Made by a program: the position numbers and the translations under genes. Positions 36,596 through 44,512 of a stretch of 64,000 nucleotides of DNA are shown here, in pieces. Location of the stretch: assembly GCA_937902275.1 (NCBI GenBank), contig CALFNW010000087.1, positions 2,988 to 66,987 of the forward strand. The letters are read 5' to 3'. Origin of the DNA: an uncultured Clostridia bacterium (lineage in GTDB: Bacteria; Bacillota; Clostridia; Oscillospirales; CAG-272). Numbering within the stretch: the stretch's first letter is position 1; each line of letters starts with the position of its first letter. Below the pieces are notes generated by a model. That model did not search any database. It was not told the origin of the DNA and saw nothing but the letters and a program-made list of their open reading frames with translations.

Positions 36596-36624
36596 ATTAT
36601 ACCATAAAAAGGCATAGAGTTCAA
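36596..36624 (-). promoter_or_regulatory. Promoter of the leaderless beta-helix/SGNH operon (TTGAAC-17-TATAAT, TG-extended)
   Basis: The minus strand reads TTGAAC (36619-36624), a 17-nt spacer, then TGGTATAAT (-10 hexamer 36596-36601). It lies about 300 nt upstream of the ATG at 36285. Confidence 0.55.
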
Positions 36625-36642
36625 CAATTATCCGCCGTTTTT

Positions 36643-36678
36643 ATATACAAAAATTTCCATGTTTTTTTGTGCAAATTC
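36643..36678. promoter_or_regulatory. Conserved upstream element with inverted repeat ACAAAAA-N-TTTTTGT (copy 2)
   Basis: ATATACAAAAATTTCCATGTTTTTTTGTGCAAATTC lies 18 nt upstream of the -35 hexamer. It is near-identical to 40216-40250. Confidence 0.5.
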
Positions 36679-36891
36679 ACCACTGTTTGCAAGTGATCGG
36701 AACAATTGTCACAAAAACCGAAAATATGCAAAACCATGGGGTGTTAAAAACCAATGTGCTTAACACTCCAAAAAATGTCGGTCGGGAGCACAATATTCAT
36801 GAGGCGGTTTTTGTTCATCGTTAACCCTTGCCTTGCTTTTTTTATTTTTAAACAGAAAAACGGCGGCGTTTTGCCGTCTTGGCCAATGTTA

Positions 36892-36934
36892 AAAGGAGTG
36901 TCAGAAACTCAAAATGAGTTTCTGACACTCCTTT
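36892..36934 (-). terminator. Intrinsic terminator of the SLH beta-helix gene
   Basis: A 20-bp stem AAAGGAGTGTCAGAAACTCA/TGAGTTTCTGACACTCCTTT lies 18 nt after the stop at 36952. It is part of a two-hairpin repeat also seen at 48343-48430. Confidence 0.75.
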
Positions 36935-36951
36935 GCTTATAAAGCGTTTGA

Positions 36952-39900
36952 TCAGTTTTGTGATGCAAATGCTTCGGCAGCATATACGCTATCAAAGAAG
37001 GTCACCGACTTGATTGTGAAGTAATCTTCCTTGTTGAGCGTAACTTCATCCTCGCCCCACGGCATGATGCGGATCGCAAGGTTTCTCACGTCGCGCTTAG
37101 CTCCGAGCGCATACTCGGAAAAGTCGATCATCAACACGCCCGAATCGGTAGTTGCAGATGACTTAACGCCGGTCTCGGAGAATGAGTTGAGTCCGCTGTC
37201 AACCATAAGCGAAGCAATTACAAAACCTTCGGGAAGTTTGCTGTCAAATTTGACGACCGCATAAGGATAGTCGGCAAAGTTGAACTTGTCAATAAGTGAG
37301 TTCATGATGCGGACCTGAGGTCTGCCCTTCTCGGTAAATGTGGTGAACTTGACCGTCTTATCCTCAAGCACGGTCGCACGCACCTGATTGTTGTCAAGCG
37401 TCGTTTTAAGCTCGCCGCCCGAAAGCTCGATCTTGTTTGCCGAAGCAAGCGCTCTTTCGGAATCGACCTCAGCGCTCGAAAGATAGCTTGCAAAACGCTT
37501 GATCATTGTAGCCACTTCAGCGCGGGTAGCACTGTTTTTCGGCTTGACCGTACCGTCTTCATATCCGCCGATAATGCCGGCGCCGGTGCAGAACTTAACA
37601 CCGTCGGCATATTTCTCGGTAACGGTATTAATATCCGAGAAATTCTTGGTTTCCACGTCGGTCTTCTTGAACTGAGCGTATGCGTATCTGTAAAGCATAT
37701 CCGCAAGCTCCTCGCGGGTCGCCTTATCATCGGGACGGAACTTGCCGCCCTTGTCAACGATGCCGTTTGCTTCAGCCCATGCAGCTGCAGGTGCAAACCA
37801 TGCGTTCTTATCCACATCGGTAAAGGTAAGCGACGATACATCGCCCTTTGCTTCCGCCATTCTCGAAAGCACGGTAACAAGCATTCCGCGGGTCATGGTT
37901 CCGCCGGTCGCGAAGGTATCGGCAGTAACGCCGTTGAAGTAACCTCTGAGCGATACAAAGTCGATCGCGTCGCGTCCCCAGAAATCATCGGCAACATCGG
38001 TAAACACCTTAACGCCGTTTTTGGGGTCGTACATATCATACATATTTCCGAAAGGATTCGGCTCGGTATAATAGAATTTTGTGCCCGATTCAAAGCCGGT
38101 AAGGTAGCAGCGCTTAAGCTCGGCTTCGGTATAAAGCGTGCTGCGGGTTCCGCCGGTACCCTTACCGGGATTTGCGGAGATACCGCCCATACGCTTATCA
38201 TTTTCCATGATATATACGTTATCATGGAAGTTGTACTGATTCGGTGCAGTTGCCGCAACAAGCAGCGCATAGCAGGAAGTGAAGTAGTTTACGTTGTTGC
38301 AGATATTGTTGTTTTCATAACGTTCGCTCGTACTTGTGCCGCCGTAGAAAAAGTTGCCGTCCTTGTTCGAACGCTGATGGCTCCAACCGTAGCCGTTGTA
38401 TCTTGTGTAGTTATCATGCAGGTTCATGTTGGTAATGCTTCCGCCGCCGTTCCAGACCTCAAGTCCGGTATTGCAGAATTCGGTAACATTCTTGTACATC
38501 TGCACGTTGTTCATGTCGACCGCGTCCCGATTCTGAACCGTCCAACAGCAGTCATAGACCTGAGTAGCATAGCAATAACGAATGGTAAAGTTGTCGCTTG
38601 AGCCATAGGACTCAACCGCGTTACCGTATCTGACTCCGTAGTCCTGACCGAAAATGTACTTGCCCTGGATCGAACCGCCGATCCACGAAAGCGTGCAGTA
38701 CTGAACGGTAAGATTCTTAACGTTTCCGTATCCGATACCGTGACTTCCGGCACCGAAAATATCAATGTTATCTATAACAACGTCAATACCCTTGCCGCTT
38801 ATACCGTGACCCTTGTCAACGATCTCGATCGACGAGAATACGTCGCCGGGATTGCCGTCTTTGCAATAAAGGTACAGGGTCTTGTTGTCCCAATTGTGGT
38901 AGAATTCAAGATTGTTGTTTATCGCGCTCATGTCATCGAAGTTTCCGCCCTCGGACTCATAGGTTTCGATTCCGTTGAACACGGTGCCGTTTGCCATACG
39001 CGAGCCGTCTTTCTTTTTCTGGACCTGAACGCCCCACGCTCTGCCGCCGTCAAACACGATTGTTCCGACGTCTCTGGTATCGGGGATCTTCTCGGCAAAC
39101 ATATAGATATTCGGATAGTTTGTAGGGAGCCACTTGACCGAACCCGAGCCGTCAACCGAGGCAATAAGTTTCGGCTTTGCGCCCTCTCCGTATGCCGAGT
39201 AAGTAACGCCTTCTTTAGTGCTCAAAGGCTCAGTGATTCTCCACGAGTCGCCTCTCTTGAAGAAAACACCGTCGCCGGGCTTGAATTCAAACGCGTTTAC
39301 CCTGGTAACGGTCTTCCATGCGGTTTCGGGAGTAAGACCGTCGTTTGAATCGTTTCCGCTTGCCGAAACATAATACTTGGTTCCGGTAACGGTCACGGTC
39401 GTAGGTGAATTTTTGATCTCTTTGATAAGAGCGTCTGTCTCGTCTATGTACTTCTTTATGAGCGCATCATCTGCCTTTTCATAGAAGAAGGTTTCAAGTC
39501 TCTTTGCAGTATCTTCGGAAACCTCTGCTCCCGTAACGTCCTTTTTATCAAAGGTGTAAGCTTCGGCCTCGGACTTGCTCTTGAAGCAGGCAATGTATTC
39601 GATATCAAAATACTTGTTGCCCGTAAGGTTAGCGTTGGTGCCGAAAGGTTTAAGCACAAGTTTTGCTTCCTTATCGTCAGACGGGATCGGACCTGCGCCT
39701 CCGGTAAGGTCTGCAAGATCGATCACTATTGTATTCCACTTTCCGTCGCCCTTGCAGGCAGGCATGGAACCCTGCCAGCTTTCACCCGCAGTGCTTCTCG
39801 ACGAAACGTCGATTATTTTGCTTTCGGAATCGGTTCTGTATCCGATCTTGATGAAAGGATAGTCAACGATACCGAAGCCGTCCGGCTTAAAGGTCACCTG

Positions 39901-40125
39901 AAGTGCATTGTTTGCGTATGTTCCTGCGGCAACAGTGCCGTGAAGTATGCTTTTTCCGTCCGCTTCCGAGAGGGCAGCATGCAATCCTACACAGCCGATC
40001 GAATAGGTCGAATCAAGCGCATTTCCATCAAGCACCTTGCGGTCATCGGCAGCGCTTACCGCAGTAAACGGGATCGCCGATATAAGCATGAGCATGACCA
40101 ATAAAATTGATAATGTTCTTTTCAT
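36952..40125 (-). CDS. Secreted S-layer-anchored beta-helix module protein (sixth paralog) with flanking uncharacterised domains
   Basis: The signal peptide is MKRTLSILLVMLMLISAIPFTAVSA, and GGAGG lies 5 nt before the ATG at 40125. The order is an N-terminal ~200-aa domain, the ~490-aa beta-helix module, three SLH repeats (FTDVADDFWGRDAIDFV..., FTDVDKNAWFAPAAAWA..., ...ATRAEVATMIKRF), then a C-terminal ~190-aa domain. Confidence 0.8.
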   Translation of the reverse strand: MKRTLSILLVMLMLISAIPFTAVSAADDRKVLDGNALDSTYSIGCVGLHAALSEADGKSILHGTVAAGTYANNALQVTFKPDGFGIVDYPFIKIGYRTDSESKIIDVSSRSTAGESWQGSMPACKGDGKWNTIVIDLADLTGGAGPIPSDDKEAKLVLKPFGTNANLTGNKYFDIEYIACFKSKSEAEAYTFDKKDVTGAEVSEDTAKRLETFFYEKADDALIKKYIDETDALIKEIKNSPTTVTVTGTKYYVSASGNDSNDGLTPETAWKTVTRVNAFEFKPGDGVFFKRGDSWRITEPLSTKEGVTYSAYGEGAKPKLIASVDGSGSVKWLPTNYPNIYMFAEKIPDTRDVGTIVFDGGRAWGVQVQKKKDGSRMANGTVFNGIETYESEGGNFDDMSAINNNLEFYHNWDNKTLYLYCKDGNPGDVFSSIEIVDKGHGISGKGIDVVIDNIDIFGAGSHGIGYGNVKNLTVQYCTLSWIGGSIQGKYIFGQDYGVRYGNAVESYGSSDNFTIRYCYATQVYDCCWTVQNRDAVDMNNVQMYKNVTEFCNTGLEVWNGGGSITNMNLHDNYTRYNGYGWSHQRSNKDGNFFYGGTSTSERYENNNICNNVNYFTSCYALLVAATAPNQYNFHDNVYIMENDKRMGGISANPGKGTGGTRSTLYTEAELKRCYLTGFESGTKFYYTEPNPFGNMYDMYDPKNGVKVFTDVADDFWGRDAIDFVSLRGYFNGVTADTFATGGTMTRGMLVTVLSRMAEAKGDVSSLTFTDVDKNAWFAPAAAWAEANGIVDKGGKFRPDDKATREELADMLYRYAYAQFKKTDVETKNFSDINTVTEKYADGVKFCTGAGIIGGYEDGTVKPKNSATRAEVATMIKRFASYLSSAEVDSERALASANKIELSGGELKTTLDNNQVRATVLEDKTVKFTTFTEKGRPQVRIMNSLIDKFNFADYPYAVVKFDSKLPEGFVIASLMVDSGLNSFSETGVKSSATTDSGVLMIDFSEYALGAKRDVRNLAIRIMPWGEDEVTLNKEDYFTIKSVTFFDSVYAAEAFASQN

Positions 40126-40167
40126 TTTTTCCTCCGAATATAAACATTTGTCATATACTGACAATAT

Positions 40168-40196
40168 ATTATAACATGAACGGAAACTAAATTCAA
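40168..40196 (-). promoter_or_regulatory. Promoter of the SLH beta-helix gene (TTGAAT-17-TATAAT, TG-extended)
   Basis: The minus strand reads TTGAAT (40191-40196), a 17-nt spacer, then TGTTATAAT (-10 hexamer 40168-40173). Confidence 0.6.
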
Positions 40197-40215
40197 TAAA
40201 ATCCCGAACTTAATG

Positions 40216-40250
40216 ATATACAAAAATTTCATCATTTTTTTGTGTATTTC
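40216..40250. promoter_or_regulatory. Conserved upstream element with inverted repeat ACAAAAA-N-TTTTTGT (copy 1)
   Basis: ATATACAAAAATTTCATCATTTTTTTGTGTATTTC lies 19 nt upstream of the -35 hexamer. Confidence 0.5.
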
Positions 40251-40329
40251 GCCCAAAAGCATTTTATTGCCGCAATTCGGTTGACTTGCCGGAACACAAA
40301 TGATATAATCACCTTGAAATCAAGCTGTT

Positions 40330-40363
40330 CCGACCGCACAGGCGGTCGGAGATCGGAGAAAAC
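40330..40363 (+). repeat. Hairpin-SD-ATG architecture, sequence variant
   Basis: CCGACCGCacagGCGGTCGG (8-bp stem, 40330-40349) is followed by AGATCGGAGAAAAC and the ATG at 40364. Confidence 0.4.
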
Positions 40364-41248
40364 ATGAAAATATCCACTACGACCGGGCGGCTCCGCCGCT
40401 TTTTCGATAAAAAAACTACATTCAAAATCATCAGAGAAGCCGGATTTGACTGCGCCGACCTGAATTTCTCGCTTCCGGGTTATCGCAAGGTCAATGAAGA
40501 ATACGACAATTACATAAACGAAGCCGCCGAATTAAAAAAATATGCCGACTCGATCGGTCTGTCGATCAATCAGGCTCATGCTCCGTTTCATTCAAGCACC
40601 GGCAACTGCGACACCGACCGCGAAATATTTAAATCGCTTACGGCTTCCATGAAGATCGCTTCGCTTTACGGAGTCAAAAACATCATTATTCATCCGAAAC
40701 AACATCTGCCATACCGCGGAAATGAAAAAGCGCTTTTTGACATGAATATGGAGTTTTACCGCTCGCTTATACCGTATTGCGAAGAATACGGTATCACCGT
40801 GTGCGTTGAAAATATGTGGCAGAACAATCCGCACAACGGATATATCACTCACAGCACCTGTTCAAAGCCTGAGGAATTTTGCGAATATATAGACACCGTC
40901 GGCTCACATCTGATACGCGCCTGCCTTGACATAGGACACACCGCGCTCGTGGACGTTGAAGCCGACGAGGCGATACGTATGCTCGGTCGCGAACGCCTTG
41001 TTGCACTGCATATGCATGACACCGACTACAAGGATGACCTGCACACCCTGCCCGGCATGAGTAAAATACCGTATGACAAGGTTGTGGACGCGCTTGCCGA
41101 GATCGGATACACCGGAGACATGACGCTTGAAGCCGACGGCTTTTTGACCGGCTTTGAGGCGGATTTTCTTCCCGAAGCCGAAAAATTCATGGCAAAACGC
41201 ACGCGTTTTTTGGCGGATCGTTTTGAAGCAAAGCAGAAAAAGGCCTGA
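40364..41248 (+). CDS. Sugar phosphate isomerase/epimerase (xylose isomerase-like TIM barrel)
   Basis: 294 aa with the typical blocks NQAHAPF, IIIHP, VCVENM, LDIGH and HMHD. Confidence 0.75.
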   Translation: MKISTTTGRLRRFFDKKTTFKIIREAGFDCADLNFSLPGYRKVNEEYDNYINEAAELKKYADSIGLSINQAHAPFHSSTGNCDTDREIFKSLTASMKIASLYGVKNIIIHPKQHLPYRGNEKALFDMNMEFYRSLIPYCEEYGITVCVENMWQNNPHNGYITHSTCSKPEEFCEYIDTVGSHLIRACLDIGHTALVDVEADEAIRMLGRERLVALHMHDTDYKDDLHTLPGMSKIPYDKVVDALAEIGYTGDMTLEADGFLTGFEADFLPEAEKFMAKRTRFLADRFEAKQKKA

Positions 41249-41355
41249 AACCAAGCACACGCGTGACGACTGCGCCGGAAGTGCGCAAAACGTGAGCGGC
41301 AAAAAATATCCGCATACCGCAAATTTTGCGCGTTACCAACCGCACAAGACCGAAA

Positions 41356-41395
41356 AGCCGCCGAAAGCCAATTGACTTTCGGCGGCTCGTTTTTT
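41356..41395. terminator. Bidirectional intrinsic terminator
   Basis: A 12-bp stem AGCCGCCGAAAG/CTTTCGGCGGCT is flanked by AAAA on the 5' side and TTTTTT on the 3' side. It lies between the convergent isomerase and nadE genes. Confidence 0.75.
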
Positions 41396-41400
41396 ATTCG

Positions 41401-43368
41401 TCACACTTTGATATTTTCGGCTTTTTTCACCCACAGCGCCGAAGAAGCGTCGCTGGGCATACGCCAATCTCCGCGCGGCGACAGGCAAATGCTTCCGATC
41501 TTCACTCCGTCCGGCAGGCAGCTGCGTTTGAACTGCTGAGTGAAAAAGCGGCGATAGAAGATCACAAGCCACTTTTTTATTACCGCAGGCTCAAAATCAG
41601 CTTTGAAAGCCTTGCAGGCAAGCGCAAATATCTTTTCCGGCTCAAAGCCGTATCTGACCGCATAGTAGAGGTAAAAATCGTGCAGCGCATACGGACCTAC
41701 GATCTCTTCGGTCTGCTGTGCGATCTGTCCGTTTTCGTCGGGCGGCAAAAGTTCGGGACTTATCGGGGTGTCGAGAATGTCCGAAAGCACCTCGCTGCTT
41801 TTATTGAAAACATCGTACCTCATTATCGTGTCGATCATCCATCTCACGAGCGTTTTCGGCACACCGCAGTTGACACCGTACATACTCATATGATCGGCAT
41901 TATAAGTGCACCAACCGAGCGCAAGCTCGCTCAGATCTCCCGTGCCGACTACAAATCCGCCGATCTTGCCCGCATAATCCATAAGCACTTGGGTGCGTTC
42001 GCGCGCCTGCGAATTTTCAAATGTCAGATCGAACTTTTCGGGATCCTGACCTATGTCCGCAAAATGCTGTTCGACCGCCGCTTTTATCGGGATCTCGAGA
42101 TAGGTTATCCCGAGGCTTTCCATAAGCTTAAGCGAGTTATTGTAAGTGCGGTCGGTCGTTCCGAAGCAGGGCATCGTTATTCCGACCACATCTGTCAGAC
42201 TCCTGCCGCAACGTCTCGCGGCTTCGGTGCAGACAAGCAACGCAAGCGTGGAATCAAGACCGCCCGATACGCCTACCACCGGCTTCGCACCGGTGATCTC
42301 CATGCGCTTCTTAAGCCCCATTACCTGCATTTCAAATATATCCATACAGCGCGCGGAACGATCGCTCTTGGAGTCAGGCACGAACGGCAGCTTCCTGACT
42401 TTATAATACTCAAGATCGCTGTCCGCAACGTAGTCCGCGGTAAGCTTCGGGAGCATTACCGTCCGTTTCCGGATCATACCCGCACAAAGCGCCGCGCTCT
42501 GAGCAAAGGTCTTGAGCTTCAAGCGGTCAACGCGCAGCTTTCCGAGATCAATATCCCCGAAAAGAATATAGTCATTATCAATGGTTTCGGTGTTTTCGGC
42601 AAGAATACGTCCGTTCTCGCAGATCATACTGTGACCCGAGAAGATCAGGTCGGTAGTGGACTCGCCCGAGCCTGCCGAAACATAGACGTATGCGCCGAGT
42701 TCGGAAGACGAGCAGGTGCTGACAAGCGAGCGTCTGTAGCTGCGCTTCGATATAGTCTCATTACTTGCCGAAAGGTTGATTATCACCTCTGCACCGGCAA
42801 GCGCAAGCAGGCTTCCGGGGGACACGGTTGCCCACAGATCTTCACAGATCTCCGCGCCGAAGCTGAAATCTCCGGCGTCAAATACTATCCCGCAGCCGAA
42901 CGGCACGTCCTCATCCTGATACTCGGAAATGCCGAGTTCTGCCGCAGAAAGCTCCGAAAGCGAGGTCTCGGCTCCGGAAGAAAACCATCGGCGCTCGTAA
43001 AATTCATTGTAGGTAGGGATATACGTCTTAGGCACTATACCGCGCAATTTGCCGTTTGAGATCACGGCGGCGCAGTTGAAAAGCTTACCGTCCGCCGCAA
43101 GCGGAAGCCCGACGGCAATGATCCCATCTCTGCCGCGGCTGAACGAAATTATCTCCCTGAGTCCGCAAAGCGCGGCGTCAAGCAGAGTCTTCTGAAAGAA
43201 CAGATCCGCACAGGTGTAGCCGGTAAGCGCCAGCTCGGGAAACACCGCCAGCCTTACATTTTTGTCAAAAGCGGCTTGCGCCTTCTTGATTATTCTTTCC
43301 GTATTCACCGTAACGTTTCCCACCGAAACGTCCGGCACTGCGGCGGCTACGCGCACAAAATCAAGCAT
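41401..43368 (-). CDS. nadE: Glutamine-dependent NAD+ synthetase (CN-hydrolase + synthetase domains)
   Basis: About 655 aa with an N-terminal nitrilase-like domain and the PP-loop SGGLDSTLALLV. The start was moved 4 codons inside the ORF-track start, which lies in the cassette ATGGAG. Confidence 0.9.
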   Translation of the reverse strand: MLDFVRVAAAVPDVSVGNVTVNTERIIKKAQAAFDKNVRLAVFPELALTGYTCADLFFQKTLLDAALCGLREIISFSRGRDGIIAVGLPLAADGKLFNCAAVISNGKLRGIVPKTYIPTYNEFYERRWFSSGAETSLSELSAAELGISEYQDEDVPFGCGIVFDAGDFSFGAEICEDLWATVSPGSLLALAGAEVIINLSASNETISKRSYRRSLVSTCSSSELGAYVYVSAGSGESTTDLIFSGHSMICENGRILAENTETIDNDYILFGDIDLGKLRVDRLKLKTFAQSAALCAGMIRKRTVMLPKLTADYVADSDLEYYKVRKLPFVPDSKSDRSARCMDIFEMQVMGLKKRMEITGAKPVVGVSGGLDSTLALLVCTEAARRCGRSLTDVVGITMPCFGTTDRTYNNSLKLMESLGITYLEIPIKAAVEQHFADIGQDPEKFDLTFENSQARERTQVLMDYAGKIGGFVVGTGDLSELALGWCTYNADHMSMYGVNCGVPKTLVRWMIDTIMRYDVFNKSSEVLSDILDTPISPELLPPDENGQIAQQTEEIVGPYALHDFYLYYAVRYGFEPEKIFALACKAFKADFEPAVIKKWLVIFYRRFFTQQFKRSCLPDGVKIGSICLSPRGDWRMPSDASSALWVKKAENIKV

Positions 43369-43483
43369 TATAATCTCCATGCCGCCGTAGGCGGCTCAAA
43401 AATAAATATAGTTTTTTTATCTAACAGCAAAAATCAGGGCGTGGAACCTGATGTCTCACTCAGCGGAGACCGCATTTTCACGC
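43369..43483 (-). repeat. Structured intergenic repeat, long form, ending in the cassette at the nadE start
   Basis: The minus strand reads GCGTGAAAATGCGGTCTCCGCTGAGTGA...TTTTTGA, then GCCGCCtacGGCGGC (43381-43395), then ATGGAGATTATA, then the ATG at 43368. Confidence 0.65.
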
Positions 43484-43487
43484 TATC

Positions 43488-43581
43488 CTCCATGTCGGCA
43501 CTGCCAATTCAAAAAACGGTAATTTTCATGTTACAGGCGTAAAAATCGAAACTTCGCCGAAGTGATATGAAACTTTCACAC
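43488..43581 (-). repeat. Second, tandem and more degenerate copy of the long repeat
   Basis: The plus strand reads CCTCCATGTCGGCACTGCCAATTCAAAAAACGGTAATTTTC...GAAACTTTCACAC. It has the same orientation and module order as the adjacent copy. Confidence 0.45.
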
Positions 43582-43596
43582 GGAAGCGCATTTGTT

Positions 43597-44493
43597 TTAT
43601 TCAGCTTCTGTCTGTCCGTGCGGGATCACTCCGCCGCCATTGTGCACGGCTTTCAATGCATACAGATCATTGAAAGAATAATCCTCTCCGCCGCTTTTAC
43701 ACCCGACCATGGTATCAAGGCAGAGCGCATGAATACTGTTGAAAATGCTTTTTTCTATATCGGGATTGTTCTTTCTGAGCTGCCTTAGTAGCATTTTGAT
43801 CTCGCGCCGCTTTGATTCTCCCACACCGTCCCCGCTCGAATGATTCCGTTCGGTAAAGCGGCAGGCACATTCGATAAATTCAAGTCCGTTATAACGCTTC
43901 CACGCAATAATATCGTCCTCGTGTATGCAGTACAGCGGGCGTATCAGCTCCATGCCTTCAAAATTCGTACTGCGAAGCTTGGGCGGCATTGCCTGAAGCT
44001 GTGCGCCGTAGAACATACCCATTACCGTAGTTTCCACCACATCGCTGAAATGATGCCCGAGCGCGATCTTGTTGCATCCGAGCTCACGCGCTTTGCTGTA
44101 CAGATGTCCTCTGCGCATACGCGCGCAAAGGTAGCAGGGCGATTTTTCGGTGCGGTCGGCGACTCTGAAAATATCGGTCTCGAATACGGTTATCGGCACG
44201 TGCAAAAGCGCCGCATTCGATTCGATCTTTTTTCGGTTCGCTTCATTATAGCCGGGGTCCATTACCAAAAACTCAAGCTCAAACGGCACCTCGCTGTGTA
44301 ATTTAAGCTGCTGCAGCAGCTTTGCCATGAGCATGGAATCCTTGCCGCCCGATATGCAGACCGCAATTTTGTCTCCCTCGCTTATAAGCTCATAGCGCTT
44401 GACCGCGGCAATAAACGGATTCCATATGGTCTTGCGGAATTTTTTGTTGATGCTTCGCTCAATAAGTTGGTATTCTTCAAGCTCTCTTTTCAT
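43597..44493 (-). CDS. TtcA-family PP-loop ATPase (tRNA thiolation-type)
   Basis: It has the PP-loop CISGGKDS and the CxxC motif SPCYLCARMRRG. Confidence 0.7.
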   Translation of the reverse strand: MKRELEEYQLIERSINKKFRKTIWNPFIAAVKRYELISEGDKIAVCISGGKDSMLMAKLLQQLKLHSEVPFELEFLVMDPGYNEANRKKIESNAALLHVPITVFETDIFRVADRTEKSPCYLCARMRRGHLYSKARELGCNKIALGHHFSDVVETTVMGMFYGAQLQAMPPKLRSTNFEGMELIRPLYCIHEDDIIAWKRYNGLEFIECACRFTERNHSSGDGVGESKRREIKMLLRQLRKNNPDIEKSIFNSIHALCLDTMVGCKSGGEDYSFNDLYALKAVHNGGGVIPHGQTEAE

Positions 44494-44512
44494 TTAACCT
44501 AATACCCCGTCG

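Noticed and set aside
28471-40125. Assigning the beta-helix module to GH28 polygalacturonases. GSHGIGYGS resembles the G-HG-SIGS motif, CNTG resembles NTD, and DCC resembles DD.
   Set aside because: The order of the look-alike motifs (HG, then DCC, then NTG) is the reverse of the GH28 order (NTD, DD, HG, RIK), and there is no RIK block. The resemblance is probably generic to beta-helix coils.
24484-40250. A programmed variation system (DGR, invertible promoter or shufflon) acting on the paralog array.
   Set aside because: The window contains no reverse transcriptase and no recombinase or invertase. No inverted repeats flank a promoter, and there is no template/variable repeat pair with A-specific mismatches. 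Only homologous-recombination-type exchange is suggested, and it is reported separately.
41326-43059. A 577-aa plus-strand ORF, the longest unexplained ORF in the track.
   Set aside because: It lies entirely antisense to the strongly supported nadE gene. Its translation is Arg/His/Lys-rich low-complexity with no recognisable motif and no RBS. It is a typical shadow ORF of a GC-rich coding region.
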